Below, piece by piece: positions 1-10,631 of a stretch of 64,000 nucleotides of DNA (the first letter of the stretch is position 1; each line of letters starts with the position of its first letter). The stretch lies in the NCBI GenBank assembly GCA_025558095.1, contig JAIVFI010000018.1, forward strand, positions 124,001-188,000, read 5' to 3'. Position numbers and translations under genes: made by a program. The notes under the pieces were generated by a model. It was not told the origin of the DNA, did no database searches, and saw only the letters and a program-made list of their open reading frames with translations. This DNA comes from Hyaloraphidium curvatum SAG 235-1. Lineage: Eukaryota > Fungi > Monoblepharomycota.

Positions 1-1
1 G

Positions 2-70
2 GCCTCGCCCAAGGACATGGAGGGCTGGAAGACACTGGCGTCCCACAGGGACAGCGAGTGGGGAGAGTAG
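2..70 (+). CDS. 3' end of an unidentified upstream gene (partial)
   Basis: Open frame ASPKDMEGWKTLASHRDSEWGE* with GC3-rich codons ending TAG at 68-70, convergent with the next gene. Confidence 0.35.
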   Translation, partial: ASPKDMEGWKTLASHRDSEWGE

Positions 71-135
71 GGCCAAAGGGGGCGGAATCAATCTTTGCAA
101 TCGCATCGAGACTCGCAGTCAAGTTTGCATCTTGA

Positions 136-2389
136 TCAGTGGTTGTGCCTCGCCTCTCCCCTCGTCTCGATCACCCGAAGGTACTTGACCGCGTCCTCCA
201 GGCACCCTCCAGTCGCCAGCTGCCCGACCATGCCCCTGTAAATCTCCTCCCACGGGGTCTGGTTCACCAGCACGGGCGGCTTCCACTCCGCCCTCCGCCG
301 CTCCATCTCCCCCCCGGGAAGCACGACGTCCACGGTCCGCGAGTTCAGGTCCATCCGGATCTTGTCGCCCGTGCGGAGCAGCGCGAGACCGCCGCCGATC
401 GCCGCTTCGGGAGAAACGTTGAGGACCGAGGGGGAACCGGAGGTGCCGGATTGCCGGCCGTCGCCGAGGGTGGGCAGGGCGGATATGCCCTGCTTGATGA
501 GGTACGAAGGAGGCTGCATGTTGACGACTGTACGAAGAAAGCGGTGAGACCACGCCTTGTCAGCGGGAGACCAGGTTTCCCACCTTCGGCCGATCCCGGA
601 TAGCCAACAGGTCCGCAATTCCGAATGATCAGTATCGACTGCGGAGGGATGGCCAAGCTCGGGTCGTCGATCCGCTTGTGGTAATCCTCCGGCCCTTCAA
701 ACACAAACGCAGTGCCCTCGAAGACATTCTCGCGCCCGGGAGTGCTGAGGAAACGCTGGCGGAACTCGTCATCAATCACCGAAACCTTCAGCACGGCTGA
801 TTCGAAGAAGTTGCCGCTGAGCACCACGTAGCTGTCGGAAGAGGCATATTCAGCCAGGAATCTTCACCGAAGAAGACACGGGCACCGACCCAGCGTTCTT
901 CTTCATCGGGCTGTCGTAGGCGCGGATCACTTCGCGATCGGTGTCCTCCATCTTCACTTTGGCCAGGTTCTCGGCCACGGTCTTGCCCGTGACGGTCATG
1001 CAGGACCCGTCCAGCACGCCGGCGTCGAGCAGCTCCCTCATGACCGCCGGCACGCCTCCGCCGCGGTAGAATCGTTCCCCGAGCCATCTAAGGGGGAAAG
1101 ATGCCAATGTCGGTTAACTGCTCTTCAAAAGCTCGCAACGCCCAGATGCCACCTCCCCGCCGGCTGCATGTCGACCAGGAGCGGCACCGACGGTCCGACC
1201 TCCTGCCAATCGTCCAAAGAGTGCTGCACTCCGGCGTGGCGCGCGATGGCGACCATGTGGATGGGGCAGTTGGAGGAGGCGCCGAGGGCCGCGGCGGCGG
1301 CGGCGCAGTTGCGGAACGAGGCGGGGGAAAGGATCTTGGAAGGCTTGAGGTCCTCTCGGACCATGTGTACTATCCGTCTGAACAAGGAGATGGTCAGACG
1401 CGTTTTGAATGAAAGTCGAACCGAACGACTCACTTTCCGGTCTCGTAGGCCATCTGCCCTCGTTGCCGGTACGCCGCAGGGATCGCGGAACACCCCGGCA
1501 AGCTCATTCCCAGCACTTCGGCGAGCGCATTCATCGACGAAGCCGTCCCCATTGTCGAGCAGTGCCCCCACGAGGTCGACGACGCCGCAACCATCTCGAC
1601 AAACTCCGAATCGTTGATCTCCCCTGCGGAGTGGAGTTTTCGCGCCTTCCACAGCACCGTCCCGCTCCCCGCCAGTTCCCCGCGGAAGTACCCGTCCAGC
1701 ATCGGACCGCCGCTGAACACGATCGCGGGCAGGTCCACGGTGGCCGCGCCCATCAGCATGGCGGGTGTAGTCTTGTCGCACCCCGTAGTCAGGACGACGC
1801 CGTCGATCGGATACCCGTGGAGCACCTCGACCAGGCCGAGGTAGGCGAGGTTGCGATCAAGGGCCGCGGTCGGGCGCTTCCCGGTCTCCTGGATCGGGTG
1901 CACGGGGAATTCGAGGGGGACGCCGCCGGCGGCAATGATTCCGTCACGGAGGCGGGAAGCGAGGATGGTGTGGTGCCTATTGCAGGGGCTGAACCACGGG
2001 GAGGAACGCGGATAAGGTGGAAGATTCGCATGGCGACGCAGGCACGAGTGTCCACCTCAGGTCGCTGCCGGTCTGGGCGATTCCAATTATCGGTTTATCG
2101 GACTGCAGCTCTTCCCTCGTAATACCGTAGTTCAGGTACCTTTTTCAGCGCGTCAGCTCGGTTCGCCATGGGGCAGGGAGACGTCCCACCTCTCAAGATA
2201 CAGGGACGTCATCCCCACGTCCTCCGGATCATTGAACCACCTCCTGGACCTCAGGTGCTTCCCTTCTCCGGTCCCGCCGTTGAGCCGCGCCGCCGCCGCG
2301 TGCGCGTTGAGCGCGTTGGTCCCGGCGAGGTCCTCAATGTCGCCCGCGCCGGATTCGCGCGGGTCGGGGCATTCGGCGCACGATGACAT
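136..2389 (-). CDS. xylD: IlvD/Edd-family sugar-acid dehydratase, D-xylonate dehydratase-like (multi-exon)
   Basis: Motifs [72 protein letters not shown], and C-terminal RHNH typical of XylD/AraD; GT-AG introns join the ORF pieces. Confidence 0.9.
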
Positions 2390-3174
2390 GGCGCGGAAGG
2401 GAAGACCAGTAGGAAAGAGACGCGAGGAGAGGTTTGGAGGCCAAGGTTTCGACCGCACTTCTTTGAAGGGAGACAACGGAGTGACGGAGTGAGGTCGATG
2501 CTGGCCCCGACGACTACAACACCGAGACCCGGGTCGCCTGGGAAGAAACAAGCATCCAGAATGGCACCACGGTTACTTTTGCTCTCTGCTGTAAGACTTC
2601 GCCTGGCATTGCTAGTCAAATTTTTCGGCGAATCGTTCCAGATCGGATGTTGCCCCTCGATCCAACCTTTCATCCAAAGTGGAAGTCAAGCCATTCCCCA
2701 CAAGCGATTAGCCTACAGCTACCTGATGGCTTTTCGTTCTCTTTCCATGTAGGTGGAGAAGTCGAGCAGGGTGCGAATGATCAGACCACGTCTCCCGTCC
2801 ACGTAACTCGAGCAAAATCTTCTCTTCATTGAGCCCCCATTCTCTGGCGAAAAAGAACCTCCATGCCGAAGAAGAGAAGAGAAACGAAGTGGTCGCGCAA
2901 GAGAGGGCCAGTTTGATCAGTGCGGTGCCGCCTCCAGCACCCTGTCGAAGATCGACGGAATCCGAGCCCGCCCAGTCGCATGTGGACTATCTCGCTCGAA
3001 GGAACGGAGCATTCGCTTTATTGCCAGCCCGTTCCGTGCATGTTTGCGGCCCACAACTCTTGAATCTAGTTTTGACTCTTTGTCCGGGCGCGGGCTGAGT
3101 CGTGGCGCGCGACCCCTGCCGCTGCCGCTCGCAATAACTCCGAAGGGGTCAAAGCCCCTGCCTCCTGACCCGCC

Positions 3175-3521
3175 ATGGCCCGCGCTCTGGCTGCCGTCGC
3201 TACCGTCCTCCTGGTGCTCTCGTTGTTGCGGCCCGCGGCGTCGCTGTACGTGCTCTGCCCGCCGGGTTATCCCTTTGTTGATTTCCTGACACCCCGGCCT
3301 CCTAGGCCCGCGCCGCCTTCCGTGACACTCTACCGACCCGCATGCAGTGACTGCCCGCAAGGCCGCTCGTCCTGGTGCGGGTGCCGCCCTGGAACTCACA
3401 GAGTCGGTGCTAATTGCGCGGTGTCTCCCTCAGCGAACCCAATCACCCCCGAGCGCCGGCCGGCAGCGTCGCCTGCGTGCTCTTCGACGAGGACACGCGG
3501 ATTCTCTATCGACAGGGCTGA
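3175..3521 (+). CDS. Small secreted cysteine-rich protein (~75 aa, 3 exons)
   Basis: Signal peptide MARALAAVATVLLVLSLLRPAAS; introns 3246-3305 (GTACGT..CTGAC..CTAG) and 3375-3433 (GTGCGG..GCTAAT..CAG) give ACSDCPQGRSSCEPNHPRAPAGSVACVLFDEDTRILYRQG*; homologous to the N-terminus of the 61819-62715 gene. Confidence 0.6.
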
Positions 3522-3922
3522 ACGCGAAACCCGGTCAGACGCTAGGACCGTCTCCCCCGGACGGAGAGCCGGCCGAGCGGCGCACTTCTTTGGAGAGCGA
3601 TTCCACCTCATTCAATCGTTGCACTTCCACCCTCTTGGAGTCTATCAACCCGATAGCGCCCACGACGGGCGCCGACGGCCACTGTGCCGCGTATCGCACG
3701 AACTCTGTCTTTCTTGCACGATTCCCAGGCCAAGCGAGGTGTCATTTGGCGGGATTCCACGGGGCGGCGTCCGCTCGGAAGGGACGCTGAGCCGCATATC
3801 CTGTTCCATTGCTCCGCTGTATATAGAAAAAGTGGGCGACGCTGTACATGGAGATTGTGGACGAGTGCTCGGCTTCGCGCGCGAGGGGACGGCGTATGTG
3901 ACGTCTAGTCCGTCGTGTTCTG

Positions 3923-5525
3923 TCAGAGCTCGTTCTTGGCCGGCTCCGCAGGCTTCGCCCCGCCCTCCCGCGCCTCCCTCGCCTTCTTTATCTTCGCATC
4001 CTTGATCTTCTTCCCCCTCTCGGCCGCGATCTCTTTCCGCGACCGCGGCATCCCGGGCTCCTTCACCACGTCCACGTCGCTCGGGTCCGCCCTGATCAGC
4101 CGGAGCACCAGTACCTGCCGCGGGCGGATGCCCCTCTCCTCCGTGACGTAACGGAAGCGGTAGTAACCAAACTCCTCTGGAGCCGCGTCGGGGCCGACGA
4201 GAGAGGTCAGGCGGAAGGTGGCATTGATGGGAAGCCCGGGGATGATCGAAAAGTCGAACCCGAGGGTCGCAGGGAGCAAGTCCTTGTTCACGAGGACTAG
4301 GAAGCGGGACGAAAGATTAGAACAGGTATCTCATTACCAAGTGAGGGAGACCCACCGACGATAGCACCTCCTTCGACCTGCCGCGTCCACACCTCGGCCT
4401 TCTGCCGCCTCTGGAGCACATCGATTTGCTTCCCCGGTCCGCGGTTCAGCTCCAGCAGGTCCGGGTGCTTCAGCATCCGGAGAACGTCCCCGTCCAGCCC
4501 CTTGACGTCGTCCCCCACGATCAGCGGCGACTTGAGCAGCATCCACATTACCACCTCGCTCCTCGCCTCTTCCTTGCCCAGCCCCGCGAACCGCAAGGGT
4601 CCCATGTCGTTCCAACCCAGGCCCGGCCCGGAGGAGTTGACCAGCTTCGCCTGCCGGCCCCAGAGCCAGCCGATGCCCCTCTCCCCGGCGATGTAGGCCC
4701 GCCATTCTTCGTCCCAGTCAGCGACGTAGCCCTCGAGGCGGGCCCACTTGATGGCGATACGGAGGAACTTCTTCACGTTGCGGAAGAAGCGCTGGCTGAT
4801 CGGAACCTCGGGTTCGGAGAAGAACGGCGGGTCCGATGGCGCGGGAGAGGTGGACCACGTGTGCGCGAGGGCCGAGGCCCATTCTTGCGCTCGGTCTAAG
4901 GATCAATCAGTCGGAGGCAACGATGTCGGGAGCAAGGCAACCCACACGTGCCGTCGTCCCAAATGCCAAACAAAATCGAATTCCCCGTGGTGTTCAGGGC
5001 CTCGCCCATCGCGCGATGCCTCGCAATGGGTTCACCCGCGGCGTTGCAGCTCGTGTAGAGGAGATAGTCGATTCCCCACGACGCGAACCGAGCTGCGTCC
5101 GTCGCTTCGTGCCCTGCAGCGGAAAGCAACGCGTCAGAAACACTAGTAGCTCATCTCGGGGCAAAAAGGGGCCCACCAAGGCTACCTGCCCCGCCCGAAC
5201 AGCCTCTCGAGCCTCCGTTTGCCACCAGTCCGACCTTGACTCCTTTACTCTTCGCCCTCTCCACCTCCTTTGCCAAATCGACCCCTCCCTTGACCACCAA
5301 CACCCCATCCTTATCGCGCTCGTCCTCGGCCCACGGGCCTCCGAGCACCACGTAGTCGTATCCGGCCGCGAGAAGTCCCGACGACGCGAGCGCGTCGGCG
5401 GCGTCCGCCAGGCCCGAGGGGGACCCGATGAGGACGCCCGCGGGGGGCGACGCGAGTTTCAAGGCATCCGAGGGGAGGACGATGTGGAAAAAGGCGGCGA
5501 GGGCGATTAGGATCAGGCGGGGCAT
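3923..5525 (-). CDS. Secreted GH27 (alpha-galactosidase/melibiase)-fold protein lacking catalytic residues
   Basis: Signal peptide; [71 protein letters not shown] align with GH27 motifs; spliced. Confidence 0.8.
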
Positions 5526-5849
5526 TGTTTTTGTCGCTGGCGGTGGCGCGACGCCGCAGGGCGCCACCGCGATATGATCGGCACGATAGGCACCTGATCG
5601 GCGCCTCGGCAGCGGTCGCTAGTGCTGATGGAGCGCAAATAGAGATGCATTTGAAACGCGGAGGCAGTTCGACGCGATCCGGCCCCCGAATCCGCGTCGA
5701 CACGGCGACCCGCAACTGCAAGCTGATTGTCCGCACCCGTTTTCCCGCCGCGACTACCCGCTCAAAATCCACGGGCCCGTAGGCCGGCCGCCGCGCGCCC
5801 GCGGTCTGCTTTGCGGAAGCGTTCCGTCCTTTTGGGCAGCGCAGGCGCC

Positions 5850-6737
5850 ATGGATCAGGGCGGGGACGCGCCGGACGACGCGTCGGAGGAGGGCTCCGAC
5901 TACAGCGACTACGGTCCCCTCACCGTCGAGCAAGCGACGCCGCGCTTCGAGAGCGCAAAGGCTGCCGCGCGCGCCGGCGAGCGCGGCGACCTCGTCTCGA
6001 TCCTGACCGATTCCCAGTACCCCGCCGAGTTCGGCAAGTCGGTGCTGGCCGACGCCAAGAACGGGGAGCCCTGGGCGCAGGTGGCCGTCGGGGCCGTGTA
6101 CGACCTCGGCATGGCCGACAGGGAAGGCACGCTGGTGGCAACGAAGCCGGAATCCTGGGGCTGGCTGCCCGGTGTGGAGGATCCGGCTGCGGAGGGGAGG
6201 GCGTGGATGGAAAAGGCGGCCGAGAGTGGGTGGGCGCCCGCGGCCATCGACTTTGGTTTGAACCTGCGGTTCGAGGAGCCCGATCTCGGTCTGGTGTGGC
6301 TGAAGAAGGGGCTGGAAAAGGAGGGGGAGCTCTCGAAGAAGACCGCGAAAATGGCGCGAAAGTGGGTCGCCAGGCTCCTGGAGGATGCCGATGCGCCGTG
6401 GGAGGAGCAGTTTGCCGTGCGCACGCAGCTGGCGGACGGCGGCGACGAAGAGTCGGTCAAGTGGTTCGGGGACCGGTACCGTCTCGGCGAGGGCGTCGAG
6501 GCCGACCTCGAGAAGGCCAAGGAGCTGTACGAAAAGGCCGCCGGTGCCGGTTCTCCTGGTGCCAGCACGGAACTCGCCAAGATGCTCGAGGATGTGGACG
6601 ACGCCAGGGCCAAGGAGCTTTACGAGTTTGCGGCGGAGATGGCGGGAGATCGGTACGCCCGAACCAGGCTGGCGGACAAGTACGGGGAGGAGTTCTATCG
6701 CGTTGGGGAGGACGAGCCGGACGAAGAGTACTACTGA
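5850..6737 (+). CDS. Sel1-like repeat (TPR) protein
   Basis: Single ORF with AQVAVGAVYDLG, WMEKAAESG, GDRYRLGEGVEADLEKAKELYEKAAGAG repeats. Confidence 0.8.
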   Translation: MDQGGDAPDDASEEGSDYSDYGPLTVEQATPRFESAKAAARAGERGDLVSILTDSQYPAEFGKSVLADAKNGEPWAQVAVGAVYDLGMADREGTLVATKPESWGWLPGVEDPAAEGRAWMEKAAESGWAPAAIDFGLNLRFEEPDLGLVWLKKGLEKEGELSKKTAKMARKWVARLLEDADAPWEEQFAVRTQLADGGDEESVKWFGDRYRLGEGVEADLEKAKELYEKAAGAGSPGASTELAKMLEDVDDARAKELYEFAAEMAGDRYARTRLADKYGEEFYRVGEDEPDEEYY

Positions 6738-6870
6738 ATTGTAAATGACCCGTCAAGCACTCAGGTGAAACCGTTGGACCGGGCGGCTCGATTGTCCGAG
6801 GTGATCGTTGTCTCCCGGATCGGCGCCCGGATCGTCGTCACTCGGCTGCTCCACCACGAATCTTCGCGCA

Positions 6871-7563
6871 ATGACCGAGGTTCGCAACGCGTACGCGTCG
6901 TGGTCGCGTGTCTATGACACCAATGTCAACCACACCCGGGATTCCGAGGCCCTGGTGCTGAAGACTATGGTTCCCCGCACGTTCCCCGACGACACTCGCC
7001 CGCGCGTCCTCGAGCTCGGCTGTGGCACCGGGAAGAACACCACCTGGCTTTCTGCGATCTCCGAATCCGTAGTATCGGTGGATTTCTCGGAGGAGATGAT
7101 GGCCATGGCGAAACAGAAAGTTGCGGCTTCGGGACGGACGAATGTGACATTCCACATCGCGGACCTCACGGTGCCCGACGATTGGAGCTCCTTCAATGGA
7201 CACACGTACGACCTTGTGGTCTTTTCTTTGGTGCTGGAGCACATTCGGGAGCTCGAGCCCGTGATTCGGAGGGCTGCGGAGTGCCTTGCCCCAGGCGGCC
7301 TGCTCTACATCGGCGAGATACACCCCGCGCGCCAGTACAGCGGGTCGCAGGCGAGGTTCGCCGTGGACGGCGACAAGGTCGAAAAGGTACTGGCCTTTGT
7401 GCACCACGTCAGCGACTATGTTCGGGCCGCGAAGGCAGCCAGTCTTGCGATCTGGGATTTGGAGGAGTGGTGGAGGTCGGATGAGTCGCGGGAAACGGGC
7501 GTGCCGAATGTGATCGCGGTCATGTTCAAGAAGTTGTTATACAAAAGACAGAGAGTGGACTAG
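6871..7563 (+). CDS. Class I SAM-dependent methyltransferase (intronless, bacterial-like)
   Basis: Motif I VLELGCGTGKNT, VDFSEEM, YDLVVFSLVLEH, LAPGGLLYIGEIHP. Confidence 0.88.
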   Translation: MTEVRNAYASWSRVYDTNVNHTRDSEALVLKTMVPRTFPDDTRPRVLELGCGTGKNTTWLSAISESVVSVDFSEEMMAMAKQKVAASGRTNVTFHIADLTVPDDWSSFNGHTYDLVVFSLVLEHIRELEPVIRRAAECLAPGGLLYIGEIHPARQYSGSQARFAVDGDKVEKVLAFVHHVSDYVRAAKAASLAIWDLEEWWRSDESRETGVPNVIAVMFKKLLYKRQRVD

Positions 7564-9078
7564 AGTTTGCCCTTCGCAGCCAGCAGCTTGTCGTACTCGA
7601 GCACTGCCCCGAGCAACACGGCAGCGCCGGCGCCGACGTGTTCCTTCTCGGCAAACTCGATCTCGTTGTGGCTGATTCCATCTGCCTCAAAGGTTAGTAA
7701 CGGGAGGCACCGTGGAAGCGTTCAACCCACTTCGGCAGGGTATGAAGATCATCCCCGTATTGCAGACGCGCGACGTGTAGACGCTGTCATGCCCGGCGCC
7801 GGAAACCATGCGCTTGTAAGGGAGTCCGATCGACTTGACGGAGGTCTCTATCGAATCCAAGATCGAAGGCGCGAACTGCAGTATCGGAGGAAATGAGCAA
7901 GACGAAAGCAGATTCTCGAAGTCGAGAGCTCACTTTCACCGCCGGGCTCTCCCAGATCCTCTCAAACTTGAAGTCAAAGAGCTTCACGTCCTTGGCGATC
8001 CGCTCAACGAGCTCCCTGACCATCCCCTCCATCTTCTCGACGACGGCGTCGTCCTCGTGGCGGAGGTCCACGCTGAAAAAGACTTTCTCCGGCACGGTGT
8101 TGATCGATCCCGGCGAGACCTCGAAGACGCCGACGGTGGAACGCGCGAGCGGGTGCGTTTTCAGCGCGACCTGGTTGATCTCGTTGACCATTCGAGATGC
8201 GGCCAACAGGGTGTCACGGCGGAGGTGCATCGGCGTTGTTCCAGCGTGTGACGCTTGGCCGTTGAGCGTGACCTCGTACCATCGAATTGATTGCACACCG
8301 GTAACGATGCCGATCGGAAGCTTTTCGTCCTCGAGAATGGGCCCCTGTTCGATGTGGAGTTCGAAATGGCCGGCAAGTCTGTGCGCCCTCCCGTCACATT
8401 TCTCGCTCCCTTTGTAGCCGATGCGTTCCAGTTCCTCCCCAAACTTGTTCCCTTGGCGATCTTCCCGAGAGTACGCGTACTCCGTCGTGAACACGCCTCC
8501 AAAGACCCCCGACGACAGCATGGCGGGCGGAAAGCGGCATCCTTCCTCGTTCGTCCAGTCGATGACCTCAATAGGAGCCTCTGCAATACTCCGTCAAAGC
8601 GGCTCTCCAGCATAACGCCTGCCGTCCCTCACCAGTCCGGTAACCGGCATCCTCCAAGGCTCTCAAGACCTCCAGGCCAGAAAGCACCCCCAGGATCCCG
8701 TCGAACTTCCCTCCGGTGAACTGGGTATCGAGATGGCTTCCGATAGCAATAGGAGGCTGGGGAAAACATGTCGAACGAGAGCAATGGGGCGACGGAAACG
8801 CGGAGATAAGCGGCGGTGACATCTGCCTCCCACGTCCCTATTCTGCCCACCAGCGACGCGTTTCTCCCATCTCTCCGGATGTAGATGTTCCCGAGCTCGT
8901 CCCAAGACACCTTTGCTCCGAGCTTCCGGCCCTGCGCCACGAACCAGTCCCGCACTTTCTTGTCATTTTCCGTGAATGTTCCGCGATTCACGCCGCCCTT
9001 CGCGGTGCCGCCGAACTCGGTTCCGGTGTGAATGATGTCGTTCCATAGCCTATCTACGTTCACCTTGACCTTCGTCAT
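7560..9078 (-). CDS. M20 Zn-dependent amidohydrolase (beta-ureidopropionase/N-carbamoyl-amino acid hydrolase/allantoate amidohydrolase family)
   Basis: GSHLDTQFTGGKFDGILGV, WTNEEG, HFELHIEQGP, GQASHAGTTPM, SGAGHDS; ends EYDKLLAAKGKL*; multi-exon. Confidence 0.9.
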
Positions 9079-9266
9079 CGTTCCAAGCGATGGGGTTGTC
9101 AAGAAAGCGCGCCGCGGATCCGTTGGATCCGCCCTTCCTCCACGCCCCCATTCGCCGCACGCAACTCCACCGTCGATCACTTGGGCTCACTTCGCCACTC
9201 GGCGCAACACGCAAGAGAACTTCAGATCACTTTGACAGCAAGATTGCAGACACTTTGTACATCCTA

Positions 9267-10361
9267 CTACTTGGCCTTCAGCTTGGCCGCCTGCCTGGCA
9301 GCCTTGGCCGCCTTCTTCTTCTCGAGGTCCTTGTAGAAAGCCTTGTCGGCACCGACGAGCCAGTCCCACCACCAACCCCACGTCTGGTACGAAGCGTGCG
9401 TTGCCTCGTGGTGGAAGTCCTGGTTGACGCAGAACGGAATGAGCAAACACGAACGTCGAACGGATACACATGCTCACGTGGTAGCGCTGGTAGTTCGGCC
9501 ACAGCCAGTTGCAGGGATCCCACGGGATCGACGCTCCGGCGTGCGCCCTGTTGGCCGTGTAGTAGAAGATGAGCTGGTAGAGGATATAGACCGGGAAGGG
9601 CATCTTGAGGATCATTGCGACGATCGTCGGCGGGCCACGGTCCATCAAGTAGTAGTCCGTGATCGTCAGGTCGCCCGAGACCGAGATGCGGGGGTTCTTG
9701 ACCGCGTGGTGCGTTTCTGCGTCGAGACGGTGAGCGCGCTTGTATGCGGACATGCCGCGCGAACCCACTGTGCACGTTGACATACAACCAAGGAATTTGA
9801 TGGAGCGTGTAGTGCACGGCCCACAAGATAAAGTCGTGGATGAAGAACGCCAGGGCCATGTTGCCGACGGTCTGGAGTCCGGTCCACTCCCAGCGGTCGG
9901 TCGTCTTCGCTCCGTACCAGAGGTTCATGGCGTAATAGTTCATGACGTAAGACGGGAGCAGGACCTTGACGGCGCCCTTCCAGGATCCCAGGCCGTGGCG
10001 CCGCTTGTACGAAGCGATGCGGTCCTCCCACGGCATCGGTTTATCGGGCTGGATGATGTACTCCTGTTTCCCAGCTAGCGTCACAAGGCCGCCAGATCCG
10101 GGCGGACAGAGCACCCACATCGAGGTATCCGTAATACTCGGCAATGTCAAACAGAATGGCCCACGAAAGATTCCAGACCTTGAAAATCAGGTAGAAGAGC
10201 AGGACGCCGGCGGGCCCCGCGCCGATGGTCGCGGATAGCGAGTCGACGACCGAGTACCAGCCGAGCCGGTCCAGCTGGGCATCGATTTGGGCGGCCGACG
10301 GGTTCGGGAGCACGGAGAGCAGGCTTGGCAGGGCGCCGACGGCGGTGCCGTTGGAAGCCAT
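9267..10361 (-). CDS. Fatty acid hydroxylase/sterol desaturase superfamily membrane protein
   Basis: His boxes HYTLH, H(S)AHH and HDFHHE after splicing; hydrophobic segments. Confidence 0.8.
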
Positions 10362-10631
10362 GTTGCCACTCGCACTTGGGGCGAGTCCTATCCCGAGCTG
10401 GGCTCCAGCGGCCGGCGCAAGGCTTCACGCGGCAAGCGAAGACCGCGGTGAACCAGCTCCGAGGCGCCTAGAGCCGCCTAGGGAGCCACAGTCCGTCCCG
10501 GGATGGAGTGGGCGGATTGTGGCAAAAGTGACTGATCCGGTCCTTCACCGGGAGACAGCGTCACTGACCAAGATCAAGAGCGAATACAAGCAAAATGCAG
10601 TGAGCGACATAGATTCAGGTCTATTACATCT

